Shown: positions 28,302 through 38,394, numbered from the stretch's first letter. The stretch is 64,000 nt of DNA from an uncultured Candidatus Saccharibacteria bacterium (GCA_963539845.1 CAUTML010000002.1:31372-95371), one strand, 5' to 3'. Translations and numbers: made by a program. The notes: generated by a model not told the origin, from the letters alone.

Positions 28302-29726
28302 TTACAATACTTTTGGCTGGTTAATATTTGACTGGTTAGATTGAGAAATTACTTGTTGTTTAAATTGTTGACCGCGGTCTTCAAAATTCTTAAAAAAACC
28401 ATAGCTTGGCGAAGCTGGCGATAATACGCAGGCTTTATGAGCAGAAGTTACCCTATAAGCCGTCGCCACTGCTTGTTCTAAATCGTCGACTCGATATTTT
28501 TCGTTGGATAATTGCTCAAAAATCTGATGCCCAGTCGTCGGCAAACAAATCAATTTCAAAGCTGGGCGCTGATTGAGGTAGTTTATCATCAGTTGGCGAT
28601 CGATCCCCCGATCCTGACCGCCGATAATCACCGTTTGGATATTAGAAATCGCCTCAATCGCCCGTTCCATCGCCTCAGGAATGGTTGAAATTGAGTCATT
28701 GTAAAAATCAATCTCGCGAAACTTGCCGACATATTCCAGCCGATGTTCTAAACCAGCGAACTCCGCAATGGCCGTTTGCGCTAGCGGTAGATTATCGGCG
28801 GTCAGCCCCACTATTTCATCGGCCACGATTAGCGCCACCAGCGAGTTTAATAAATTGTGCCGTCCCCGCAGTTTACGCTCAAAATCAGCTGGCAACAATA
28901 TCTGCTGACCATTAGCGTCAATTCGAACAATTTGTTGAGTTTCAGCGTCCAAAAAAATCCCCGCTTCCTGGTGCGCCTGATTAGTTTTTAAACCAAAACT
29001 GCGAATTTTATCGGCCTGAAATTGCGAGCGGTGCTGTTTTAATAATTGATTATCGCAACCGTAAATCGCCAAACGTTGTCCTGGCAAGCTAATTAACTTC
29101 AGCTTAGCCGAAACATAATCCGCAAAATCAACATAATGATCGAGATGCTCCTCAAACAGATTGATCACCACCCCAATCGCCGGCGCCACGGTAATATTTT
29201 CCGCCTGATAGGATGACATTTCATAAACAAACCAGCCCTCGCCATCATCTTGCGCCAGCATCTCTAAGGCCGGCTGACCGATATTGCCAACTAGCTGAGT
29301 TTTAACGCCCAACTTGGTTAACACGCTAGCCGTCAGCGAACTAGTAGTGCTTTTGCCTTTGGTGCCGGTAATAGCAATCGTCCGATGAGCTTGGGTTAGT
29401 AGCAGTTCGTTGGTTTGCGAAGTCAAGCGCCAGGCTTCAACCTCGAGTAACTTAGTGCGACTCACACCCGGCGTCCGAAAAATCAAATCAAATTGATTAA
29501 GCGCCGTTGCTGATTCCGGACGAAACTGGCTTAGTTCCACAGCTTCGTTGGGATGTTCCGCCTGCCAGTGTTTGAGCGAGACTAAGTTTTCGTCGACAAG
29601 TGTCAGTTGGTCAGTCACCCCCATCTGTCGCAACCAGCGATATGACGATTGACCTTCCCGACCAAAACCCAAAATAGCTACCCGTTTACCCTGGTAGCGA
29701 CGGGCGTAAAACTCTTTAAATTCCAT
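28302..29726 (-). CDS. murD: Mur ligase of the MurD family; N-terminus of the MurD2 (L-Glu-adding) type
   Basis: ITGTKGKSTTSSL P-loop and Mur ligase middle and C-terminal domains. The N-terminal GKRVAILGFGREGQS matches the GxGREG signature I associate with Xanthomonas MurD2 rather than the GLGxSG of canonical MurD. It overlaps the upstream gene by 11 nt. Confidence 0.65.
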   Translation of the reverse strand: MEFKEFYARRYQGKRVAILGFGREGQSSYRWLRQMGVTDQLTLVDENLVSLKHWQAEHPNEAVELSQFRPESATALNQFDLIFRTPGVSRTKLLEVEAWRLTSQTNELLLTQAHRTIAITGTKGKSTTSSLTASVLTKLGVKTQLVGNIGQPALEMLAQDDGEGWFVYEMSSYQAENITVAPAIGVVINLFEEHLDHYVDFADYVSAKLKLISLPGQRLAIYGCDNQLLKQHRSQFQADKIRSFGLKTNQAHQEAGIFLDAETQQIVRIDANGQQILLPADFERKLRGRHNLLNSLVALIVADEIVGLTADNLPLAQTAIAEFAGLEHRLEYVGKFREIDFYNDSISTIPEAMERAIEAISNIQTVIIGGQDRGIDRQLMINYLNQRPALKLICLPTTGHQIFEQLSNEKYRVDDLEQAVATAYRVTSAHKACVLSPASPSYGFFKNFEDRGQQFKQQVISQSNQSNINQPKVL

Positions 29727-31194
29727 ATTTAGCGCACTCCTTGTGTAATTTTGCTAATAATTCAGCCGGCACGGCGTGATGTTGGTCGTGAGCCAATTTA
29801 ATGGCGTCTAGATCATATTCAACAAATTTTTGTAACAAAATCGGCATAGTTGTAGTTTGGTGATCAGCAATCGCACCTTCAGCTGAATAATGACGCTCAA
29901 CAATCAAGCGCATTGCCCGACGCACTTCACTAACCGTGCCAACACATTCGAACGGCTTCGTCTGCTCAAGCCCCAATAATTGACGCAAAATCGGCAACAA
30001 TTGCTCATCCGCCAATAAATCTTTGCCAAACATCGCCACTACCCGATCATAATCAACGAACCCAGCCATCATAATAAACACAAATAAACATTTCGGACAA
30101 TGACCGCACCAGCTGTTGGTTTTTTTGCCAACATTACAACTGCGAAACAGCTGATGATAAGCCGGATAGTGACTAAACAATCCCGCAATCTGTAGTTCCT
30201 CTAGTGGTCGCAACAAACTAAAGTAGTCAACTCCCTCCACTACAAATTTAGCGATATAATCCCGAAAATCAGCCTCAAATTCCCAACTTTTTGAATATTG
30301 ATGATTAAAATCCGTCCCCGGCACCGAGGGCTCGTTGGCGGAATTTTCGTTAGACAGCGTGATGTAGCGTTTACCGGTCACTACTGCTGTCAACAGACTA
30401 ATAAAGGCTAAAATCGCCGAAAATGGCACATGACCATTTAGAAATCCAGCTTGATTGAGAGCTAAAATCTGCGGGTCGAGTTGACGCTTGATCTCAACAT
30501 AATTAGTATAGCCAGCCGCCGCTATGCAGTCATATGACGCCACTGGCGCACTCATCACCAGTGGTAAATTGTCAGCAACTTGATCACGCAAAATTTCCAG
30601 AGTAACCGCCGAATCTTTGCCTCCGCCGACCGGAATAAGATTGCCAGTGCCAGCCACTGTGATTTTCGGATAAATTGTTGATGACGTTGTGGTAAATTTT
30701 ACAATATTATCGGCAGTTAGCTCCAGCCCGGCCACCTCTGGCCGATGGAGTTGATTGACATAAATAAACTCGCCCAGACCTTTATAGGCTAATTTTTGCC
30801 AAAACAACTGCATTTCGGCAGTTAATTGACCGCAAGCCAACTCAATTACCGCCGGACAAGCTAGTTTCCAGTAATTGATCGCTTCCACCACCCCAATTTG
30901 AAAAATCACGCCCGCCAAATCGTCATTTTGAACCAAAGAACCAGTTTTTAAGCCTAACTCTAAACGATGAGTAAAGGTTTTAGTCGTTAATTGATCAAGC
31001 CAGTCCACCGTTTCACCAGCAACAACACCGTCATTTGCATTGTTAATCAGTTCTTGACGCATCGCCAGCCGTTCCGCTTCATTTGCCACCAGCTGATAAT
31101 CAAACTCCAACAGCAACCGCCCATCGCGCCATTGTTGACGCCAGCCAGCAAACACTAGTTTTTGGTAAACTCGTCGTAAATCCCGAAAATTCAT
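29716..31194 (-). CDS. Candidate MurL-like UDP-MurNAc-L-Ala-L-Glu epimerase (PP-loop-like ATP-binding protein)
   Basis: 492 aa with an IPVGGGKDSAVTLE PP-loop-like motif and a C-terminal Cys motif CGHCPKCLFV. It is translationally coupled to the MurD2-like ligase. The assignment rests on context plus motifs, not on an alignment. Confidence 0.4.
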   Translation of the reverse strand: MNFRDLRRVYQKLVFAGWRQQWRDGRLLLEFDYQLVANEAERLAMRQELINNANDGVVAGETVDWLDQLTTKTFTHRLELGLKTGSLVQNDDLAGVIFQIGVVEAINYWKLACPAVIELACGQLTAEMQLFWQKLAYKGLGEFIYVNQLHRPEVAGLELTADNIVKFTTTSSTIYPKITVAGTGNLIPVGGGKDSAVTLEILRDQVADNLPLVMSAPVASYDCIAAAGYTNYVEIKRQLDPQILALNQAGFLNGHVPFSAILAFISLLTAVVTGKRYITLSNENSANEPSVPGTDFNHQYSKSWEFEADFRDYIAKFVVEGVDYFSLLRPLEELQIAGLFSHYPAYHQLFRSCNVGKKTNSWCGHCPKCLFVFIMMAGFVDYDRVVAMFGKDLLADEQLLPILRQLLGLEQTKPFECVGTVSEVRRAMRLIVERHYSAEGAIADHQTTTMPILLQKFVEYDLDAIKLAHDQHHAVPAELLAKLHKECAKYGI

Positions 31195-31200
31195 GTTTCT

Positions 31201-31229
31201 ATTTTACTCTCTATCGACGACAAGCTCAA
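31201..31229 (-). promoter_or_regulatory. Promoter TTGAGC-N17-TAAAAT, 6 nt before the ATG of the murL-like gene (leaderless geometry)
   Basis: Counted by hand. It lies directly after the stop of the 1257-aa gene. Confidence 0.5.
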
Positions 31230-31242
31230 CTCCTACCCTAAA

Positions 31243-34200
31243 CTAGCCACCGATTTTTTGACCAAATGGATCAGCGTTAGCCGACGGGAAACAATCAAAA
31301 CGATAGCGCGCCCCGAATCGATTACCGATAATAGTTTGACCACTGACATAATTAGCCCGATTTTGAATATCTTTGCGATTGGTGTATTTTTTGGCGCCGG
31401 TCTGGATCCAAGTGATATCGCTAAAACTATCATGTTCGTCAGCAACCGTTAGACGTTTTCCACCACGTAACACCTCATCAACCGCTTTAATCATCTCTGC
31501 GGTTGGGGCGCCGTAACAATTGCCTCGATTACACTTCCGACCGGCTTGATATGAGCGTCGAACGTTGTATTTGTTAAACCATCCTGAATTTAATAAATAA
31601 TCTTTAGGCGAGGTAAATTTCTTGCTTTTATCGGTCAAATTAGCTAACAGCGAAGCCTCAAATGCCAGAGCTTTAACATTGCTACCCTGCTCACTCATCA
31701 TCGCTGCGGTAATTCGTCGAATTTCATCATCAGTTAGCTCGGTATAACGACGCGACGTTCCAGCCGGCGGTGACTGACAACCATCAGCATCACGTTGACC
31801 ATTGTTCGGTGGCAAATCTGACGAACCCAATTGATTGTTATCGCTAGCCACATTACCAGCTGTAGCATATTGTTGGCCAACCATATCGCCAGCACAACCC
31901 TGGTTATCATCTAGCATGCATTGTACCCGCTCATCCATAAAATACAGCGCAAATATAATTCGACGCTTCTGTTCATCGCTTAAAACACCATTAACGTCCG
32001 ATTTGCCTTTTAAAACACATTCTTGACCGCTGTTGATCAATTTACCGAACAAGCCACCAAACAACCGCTCGCCCAACCGGACACCGTCTCTTGTTTCGCC
32101 CAATTCTTTATCACCTTGCGACGCCATTTCGTCAAGTTGTTGCATACCATAGGGCACTTCACCGCGCTCAATGCAGTTGATTTTAAACGATAATAGCGGA
32201 TTTAAAACATTGCGTTTTAAAACATTAAAATATTTATAATTCGGATCAACCGGCGAACTAACGCCCCACTGAGGTTGAGTTAGGTGCTTATCGGTATAAT
32301 ACAGCTCATTCTGACCATTTTGACCCTTCTCTGTGACAAATTTCTGTTGCACAAAATAGCCATTTGACGATTCACGATCATCAATCGCCCATTCAAATTC
32401 ATAATTCAAACCAGTTTCATCCAAACAAGGGTTATCTTTTTGTTCGGCGGTGTTTAATCCAGCAAAACCCTTAGAAACCACTCGACCATCACTTAAAATA
32501 ATCGGTACTAGCGAGCATTCCTTGCCGTTTTTATCGACTGGTTTAAAATAAGTTTTGCAAGTTTTTGTGCTGCCATTATATTCACAGCCAGCGTCTTTTA
32601 AAACACCGTTGATATATTTCTCAATTTCGCGACCTTTAGCGCGAGCTTGCTGATAATTGCTAACCCGACCAGCGCCGTCATAACGATAGTTAATGGTGTA
32701 ATCTTTTAGCGTAGTAGTCAGTTTGCCGTTGGCGTCTTTTTCATAAGTATTTGGTGCTAAATATTCCAAAACTCGATGTGGACTATAATCACTAGAGTTA
32801 CTTTCAGTCTGAGGCACGCCTAGCATCATCGAACAGAACGGATACATGCCGAGGCGATCTTTCGGATTAGAATTGTTCAAACCAGCAAATGATCGATATT
32901 CTGGATCTTGGCAATAATTCATTGTTCGGCGCATAGCTTCGATTTCCTCCGCCCCCGACAAAGCCGACACGCGAGGCAAAACCGCCGTTAAAGATTTCAA
33001 ACCATACGACCAAGTACTGCTGATTCGACCAGCAAAACTATGCATTCGTCCCATATACGGCAAACTACCCGCCAAAATACTGCCCATTAGCGTGTGCCGA
33101 GTAGTCATATCAAACGGACTGTGGGTTTGGCGAATCATGGCAGCTTTTTTGTTAATTAGGCTTTTTTGCGCAAAAGCTTGCTCAATGGCGGAGTTTTGCC
33201 CCAGTGGTAAATTACCACTACCCTGGGCTTGTTTATTGCTTAGTTCCGCCGTTCCAGTAGCCAAGGCGTTGACCATATCTTGTCCTTGAGTTTTGCTATT
33301 GACCCAATTACCGCCCAAGCCGTTTTGTAGTTCGGTCGACATCCAGATTTTTGCCCCCAAAAAGAAAGCAGTAACTCCGACTTGTTTAGCAATATCAACC
33401 ATTTTTACAGCAACTGGGCCAACAAAGCCCGTCGAAAGTGCTAAAATCACTTGCCCCACGATCACCAACGCCTGAACTTCAAAACTGTCCATCACCCGGC
33501 AGAATTGACTAACATTTAACCCTAGTTTTTTGGCTTGGTTTTCGATGGATTCTTTAATTTTTAAATAACCTTTAATCGCTCCTTCGTCATTGACACCCAA
33601 CTGCATTTTACGAAAAGATTCGTTCGGCGCATCCATATAACCATCCGTCATAAACCGATATGCCTGCGAATCAAAACCATTCATCTCATAATCAGTTATT
33701 TCCCGACTACCATCAGGATTATTGGTGGTAATTGGATTAGTGGCCATAATTTTGTTTAAATACATAGTCATTTCTTCTTCGGTCGACTCGCCCGCCTTAA
33801 TAGACGACGCCATCGTCAAAAACCCAGCAGCATACCGACTGAGATGGACTGATTTAGCCACTTTAGCGCTATAAATCAGTTTGTTAGCCAGATTATAAAA
33901 AGAACAAGCGTCGCTAATGCCGTCAATCGCGTTTAGCATTTTCCCAATTCCAGCGTGAGAAGTCTCGCCGACAAGCTTCGCCGAATTAGCGTCATCCAAA
34001 GAATCTATAGCTTTCGTAAGTTTAGCTTCTTTATCCTTTAACGTCTCGAGAGCCTCGCCACTGTGATTACCACTTTCGATTTCACTCTTAACATGGTCAA
34101 GATCGTTTTGCAATTTAGCCTTGGCATTGTCGGGTGTTTCGGTCCCATTGCGCACTTTGTCGTCTTGTTCGGCTTCTAGTTTTTCCTTGCTTAAATCACC

Positions 34201-35016
34201 ATCTTTAACTTTTGATGATAAAGGCTCAAATTTGATGCCTAGACGCTCCCGAATCGATTTAGTGATTTTATCACTATACATTCCGAACTTGCCCCTACTG
34301 GCATTAAAATGCTTATTGTGCCATTCCGGATCGGCTAATAATCGATCGTTAAAATCGGCAGCGTTGGTGATTTTACGCCAGCCTCCGGGTGCGTCTGGAT
34401 CATCAATTTCAACGCTAACAATCCGTTTACGACCAAAAGAAGCTTCTTCTAGCTCAAATTTATAACCTTGGGCTTCCCATAGTTCAATCTGTTTTTGGCT
34501 CATTGTTGAGAAACGATGATGTTTTTTACCAAAACCGAGCCGTGATTTTCGGGCTTCGATAAAATCATTTGGACCGTGTGATCGCTTAAAGCGATAAACC
34601 GATAATTTTCCGACTCGAGTGCGAGTGTTAAGACTTTGGATGTCAAACGTCTCAGTTAATCGCTCAGCTAATTGCAACGGCACTAGCGCCGGGAAAGCCA
34701 TTGACAACCCAGTAACCAAAGTTACTAACAGACCACCAAATAGTGCCCACGACGGACCTGATTTTTTAACAAAATTAGCCAAATTAGCTAAAAATTTGCC
34801 AGAGGATTCACCTGCCGAGGGTTGATAATTAAATTCATTGCCTTGATTCTCAGCAAGACGCGCCTGATTAACATCATCAATCCCCCCGACCACTGACTGG
34901 TCATCGCCATGATCAAATAAGTACTGCTTAGGCATTGATGTTCGGTAAGGATTGTCCTCGTTAAACATCGCGCGGTACTTCTGCTCCACTGGATTACGAT
35001 CTCGTTGACTGGCCAT
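31243..35016 (-). CDS. Giant polytopic membrane protein of unknown function (1257 aa), with a possible C-terminal cell-wall-hydrolase-like domain
   Basis: The ORF is open to 35058, but the terminator of the upstream gene abuts it and TGGTATAAT precedes ATG 35016 (MASQRDRN...). It has a TM helix near residue 100, a coiled-coil region, a hydrophobic core (…VQALVIVGQVILALSTGFVGPVAV…VTAFFLGAKIW…) and a Cys-containing extracytoplasmic C-terminal half. Confidence 0.8.
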   Translation of the reverse strand: MASQRDRNPVEQKYRAMFNEDNPYRTSMPKQYLFDHGDDQSVVGGIDDVNQARLAENQGNEFNYQPSAGESSGKFLANLANFVKKSGPSWALFGGLLVTLVTGLSMAFPALVPLQLAERLTETFDIQSLNTRTRVGKLSVYRFKRSHGPNDFIEARKSRLGFGKKHHRFSTMSQKQIELWEAQGYKFELEEASFGRKRIVSVEIDDPDAPGGWRKITNAADFNDRLLADPEWHNKHFNASRGKFGMYSDKITKSIRERLGIKFEPLSSKVKDGDLSKEKLEAEQDDKVRNGTETPDNAKAKLQNDLDHVKSEIESGNHSGEALETLKDKEAKLTKAIDSLDDANSAKLVGETSHAGIGKMLNAIDGISDACSFYNLANKLIYSAKVAKSVHLSRYAAGFLTMASSIKAGESTEEEMTMYLNKIMATNPITTNNPDGSREITDYEMNGFDSQAYRFMTDGYMDAPNESFRKMQLGVNDEGAIKGYLKIKESIENQAKKLGLNVSQFCRVMDSFEVQALVIVGQVILALSTGFVGPVAVKMVDIAKQVGVTAFFLGAKIWMSTELQNGLGGNWVNSKTQGQDMVNALATGTAELSNKQAQGSGNLPLGQNSAIEQAFAQKSLINKKAAMIRQTHSPFDMTTRHTLMGSILAGSLPYMGRMHSFAGRISSTWSYGLKSLTAVLPRVSALSGAEEIEAMRRTMNYCQDPEYRSFAGLNNSNPKDRLGMYPFCSMMLGVPQTESNSSDYSPHRVLEYLAPNTYEKDANGKLTTTLKDYTINYRYDGAGRVSNYQQARAKGREIEKYINGVLKDAGCEYNGSTKTCKTYFKPVDKNGKECSLVPIILSDGRVVSKGFAGLNTAEQKDNPCLDETGLNYEFEWAIDDRESSNGYFVQQKFVTEKGQNGQNELYYTDKHLTQPQWGVSSPVDPNYKYFNVLKRNVLNPLLSFKINCIERGEVPYGMQQLDEMASQGDKELGETRDGVRLGERLFGGLFGKLINSGQECVLKGKSDVNGVLSDEQKRRIIFALYFMDERVQCMLDDNQGCAGDMVGQQYATAGNVASDNNQLGSSDLPPNNGQRDADGCQSPPAGTSRRYTELTDDEIRRITAAMMSEQGSNVKALAFEASLLANLTDKSKKFTSPKDYLLNSGWFNKYNVRRSYQAGRKCNRGNCYGAPTAEMIKAVDEVLRGGKRLTVADEHDSFSDITWIQTGAKKYTNRKDIQNRANYVSGQTIIGNRFGARYRFDCFPSANADPFGQKIGG

Positions 35017-35055
35017 AATTAACTTTATTATACCAAAAAACTTATGCTTAAACCA

Positions 35056-35089
35056 CAAAAACGCCCCAGTTTCATAGCTAGGGCGTTAT
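35056..35089 (-). terminator. Rho-independent terminator after the 1058-aa gene
   Basis: Minus strand: AACGCCC-tagctatgaaactg-GGGCGTT followed by TTTGTGG. Confidence 0.6.
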
Positions 35090-35111
35090 TTGAGTAAAAA
35101 CCTTATTCAGG

Positions 35112-38100
35112 CTAATACCTCGGTGCTACTTCTCTTAGATAAACTGTTTGGACTTGGCCTTTATCGAGGGAGTTGTAATAAGACCAGATGTAGGTTTTAG
35201 GGGTGTGACGGAAGGTTTCGGCTGGTTCGGTTAGTTGCTCTTTGTTAGGTTTGAGCTTGTCGTAATCACTATGAATACCCGAACCATAGGTGCGACGGAG
35301 TTTGACTTGGCCGGCTTTGACTGGACCGGTGATGGTTAGTGGGACTTCGTCTTTATCGATGCCTTTTTCAACAGTATTGGCAGTAACTGGGTTTTGAGAG
35401 GTCATTAGGGCGCCAGTAACAATTAACCAAGCATCAATGTTACGAACCTTGTTATTGATGGTTAAATCACCATTAACGACAATTACCGCTTGGTCAGTAT
35501 TAGCTAGTGAGCCGTGGTTAGCAGAGCTGTTAGCGGAAACATCGCCAGTGATGGTGGTATTGCCGTTATAAACATGAACACCCGATAGACTACCCGCGAT
35601 ATCACCACCGGCGTGGGAAGTGATGGTGGTGTTAGCGTAACGACCGGTTTTGAGATGAGAGAAGAAACTGGCTGGGTCAATCAGTTCGCTCGTGGCGTCG
35701 GCTTCAAATTGACCAAGTTTACCTTGATTGGCGAAGCTGAGGCGGTGCCAAGCTTTTTTGTCGTAAGTGCTTGCACCGAAACTACCGCTGTTGGTGGCGA
35801 ACAGTTTACCGATGTCGCCTTGAGAGATGGCGTTGTATTCTGCCCAGGAACCAGCTCGACGTTGTGGAGATTGGCGACGATTGAGGTTAGTGATGATGTT
35901 TCCGCCAGATAATAGCATGCCGTTTTCAACCGTGAAGAATGGTTTTTTGGAGACTACGAAACAGCGAGGTTGGGAGTGACGCCATTGGGGTTTGTTTTCT
36001 CTGTAGCTTTCTAGGTCTGAGTCGCTTCCAGCATTTCTCCAAGGATAAATTGAAGCCGCGAAACAGACCTTGGTGCCTGATGGCAGAGCTTCAACTTGGT
36101 AAGGCAAATCACCTAAACCGCCTAAATGAGGTTTGACGTTGTCACTGAGTCCGCCTTTGGTTGGCGTGATGTTAGTATGGATTAAACCATTTAAAGCATT
36201 AAAACCTTTTTGAATTGAGAAAGGATCTTCAGTTGAGTCAAATTTATATTCACCCTGAAGGGCGGTTTGACAGATACCTCCCTTTGGCACTTTGAAATGC
36301 TTACAAGGATGTTCATCAACTAGACCAGATAACGGCGTGTTTTCAATGGTGGTGTCAGTTTCTGGCTTGAAGATCATTTTGGTGATCTGCCATTTGGCAT
36401 TTTCTTCGCGTTGGTAATGGTAGCATTGAGCAGTGCCCTGATGTTGGTATTCAACGCACCAACAATCACCTTTCTTACATCTCTCTCTACAGCAGAACCT
36501 TTTAATATCTTCGTTCTCTTTCTTACAGTTTATTTTATTTTCAGGATCGCTTTTACATTTAACATTGCATTGTCGACTTAAGGAATTTTTTACGCTAGCT
36601 CTACTATTACCACAATAACCACCTTCACTAACATCTGGTTTGTGCCAATAGGACCATTGTTTTTTACGAATAACATAGCTATTGATGCCTTTATAATCTG
36701 GCAGGATTGGGTCGGTGATTGAGGCTATGTCTGGAGCTAACGGGAAAACATAAATCGTGCCGTCTGCACCAGGTGCTTCACCGAATTTAATGTCAACACA
36801 ACTAGTTGATTCAGCTGTGAGTTTGCTTTTGGGTGGATCGGGCATATTGTTGGATTTGTCTGGCTTGGCTTGCACGGTGCGACAAATGTGACCAGAGGTG
36901 GCATCGATCGGATACCAAACTTTGTTTTTGTTGGCTTGGTTAATGGTTACTTCTTCTTGGTATTCAATTTGTGCGTAAGGGATGCCTTTGCCTAGGACAA
37001 CGGCTTTTTCGGGTTTAAGAGTTGAACCAACTGTCAAACCATTTGGCTCGACTTTAGTGACTTTGACATCATTTGGATTAAAGTCTAGTTTATCGTAGGC
37101 TCGATTATGACCAGAGAAGCTGTATTTGATAGAAGTGTCTTTGCCGGGAAAGCCTCGTAGGCTTTTGTAGATTTTGTATTTAAAGGTTACTTTAGCTGTG
37201 CCGTTAACGGGTAAAAAGACTGGGTTGGGTTCGCCTTTGACCTGGGCGTCGACTTTGGCGGTTTTGGCATAAACGTTAGCCATGATTGGATTGGCACAAC
37301 GCAAACGCAGAATCCATCGAGCGCGGTATTTTTGGTTGAGGCCATCGGGTTTTTCCCAGACTACCACGGCGAGGCTTTGGCGGACGGGACTACTAGGATT
37401 GTAACCTATCACATCGTTACGATCATCCTTATTAATAGCAGTATTCATTCTTTCAGGAGTAAATTTATCAGTAGATTTATTGACACCTTCATAATATTGT
37501 GCTACCCTCCCATGAGATATCATCTTCTGGACAGTAACTACTTTACTAGTATCAGCGATGAAGTCGGCTTTCTTTTGTTTGTATAAAGATCCGTTATTGG
37601 ACTGACTTTGGGGAACACCGACTAGAGAGTAAGCTAGGAATTTATAGCCGGTTTCTAACCAACTAGCACATTTCTTATAGCGTTTTTTGTAAACTTCCTT
37701 ATTCTTGACAAATTTACGTGGGACTGGAGTGTCGCTTGCAGAGGTTTGGTTATAGGTTTGAATACATTGGTTAATTTCTCCAACATCATCTGGACCTCTA
37801 TTAGGATCATGATATATAGCATAGTAGCGATCCCAGGCAGCATCGAGATTTGGAAGATCAACGCTTTTTAGATTTTCTATATAAGTCATACGATCTTCGA
37901 CAGCTTTAATAATAAAGCCAGCTCCTTGACCTTTAAATACTTCTTGGTAAAGATCGGCATTGGGGTCATTATATAAATCGTAGCGTTGTTGAGCAGTTAA
38001 TTCAGACTCAGGGATACCAACGCGTGGTGGGTCAATCGCATAAGGGACTTCGTGATTAGGATTAGATTGAGTAAACCGATATATAGGTGGCAAAACATTA

Positions 38101-38288
38101 TGATTAGGCACGGCACTACCACGCCCAAAATAACGGCCACCGCCTTTGTCAAAGACACTATGACCTTTAGCTTGAGAGGAGTTGTGCAGAGAAACAGTAG
38201 TTAGTAACCAGCCAGCACCAACTACGCCTACAATTCCTAAACCTAATTTTAGCCAATTTTTATATTTACTCCGATACTTCATGCTCAC
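35112..38288 (-). CDS. Large secreted or anchored protein of unknown function (1058 aa) with a Cys-rich module and a beta-helix-like C-terminal region
   Basis: N-terminal signal anchor (WLKLGLGIVGVVGAGWLLTTV) and SD AGGGAG. It has 11 Cys within 64 aa (36423-36614) and a Gly/Asn/Thr-rich repetitive segment (…GGDIAGSLSGVHVYNGNTTITGDVSANSSANHGSLANTDQAVIVVNGDLTINN…). Confidence 0.8.
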   Translation of the reverse strand: MSMKYRSKYKNWLKLGLGIVGVVGAGWLLTTVSLHNSSQAKGHSVFDKGGGRYFGRGSAVPNHNVLPPIYRFTQSNPNHEVPYAIDPPRVGIPESELTAQQRYDLYNDPNADLYQEVFKGQGAGFIIKAVEDRMTYIENLKSVDLPNLDAAWDRYYAIYHDPNRGPDDVGEINQCIQTYNQTSASDTPVPRKFVKNKEVYKKRYKKCASWLETGYKFLAYSLVGVPQSQSNNGSLYKQKKADFIADTSKVVTVQKMISHGRVAQYYEGVNKSTDKFTPERMNTAINKDDRNDVIGYNPSSPVRQSLAVVVWEKPDGLNQKYRARWILRLRCANPIMANVYAKTAKVDAQVKGEPNPVFLPVNGTAKVTFKYKIYKSLRGFPGKDTSIKYSFSGHNRAYDKLDFNPNDVKVTKVEPNGLTVGSTLKPEKAVVLGKGIPYAQIEYQEEVTINQANKNKVWYPIDATSGHICRTVQAKPDKSNNMPDPPKSKLTAESTSCVDIKFGEAPGADGTIYVFPLAPDIASITDPILPDYKGINSYVIRKKQWSYWHKPDVSEGGYCGNSRASVKNSLSRQCNVKCKSDPENKINCKKENEDIKRFCCRERCKKGDCWCVEYQHQGTAQCYHYQREENAKWQITKMIFKPETDTTIENTPLSGLVDEHPCKHFKVPKGGICQTALQGEYKFDSTEDPFSIQKGFNALNGLIHTNITPTKGGLSDNVKPHLGGLGDLPYQVEALPSGTKVCFAASIYPWRNAGSDSDLESYRENKPQWRHSQPRCFVVSKKPFFTVENGMLLSGGNIITNLNRRQSPQRRAGSWAEYNAISQGDIGKLFATNSGSFGASTYDKKAWHRLSFANQGKLGQFEADATSELIDPASFFSHLKTGRYANTTITSHAGGDIAGSLSGVHVYNGNTTITGDVSANSSANHGSLANTDQAVIVVNGDLTINNKVRNIDAWLIVTGALMTSQNPVTANTVEKGIDKDEVPLTITGPVKAGQVKLRRTYGSGIHSDYDKLKPNKEQLTEPAETFRHTPKTYIWSYYNSLDKGQVQTVYLREVAPRY

Positions 38289-38348
38289 TCCCTGTTTAGT
38301 TAACGTTACTTGACTTCATTATATCATAAGCATAATTAAAGTTAAATT

Positions 38349-38379
38349 AAAAAACCAAAGCTTAAAGCTTTGGTTTTTT
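38349..38379. terminator. Near-perfect palindromic terminator
   Basis: AAAAACCAAAGC-ttaaa-GCTTTGGTTTTTT lies between the 368-aa and 1058-aa genes. Confidence 0.7.
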
Positions 38380-38394
38380 AGAGGACTACATAAA

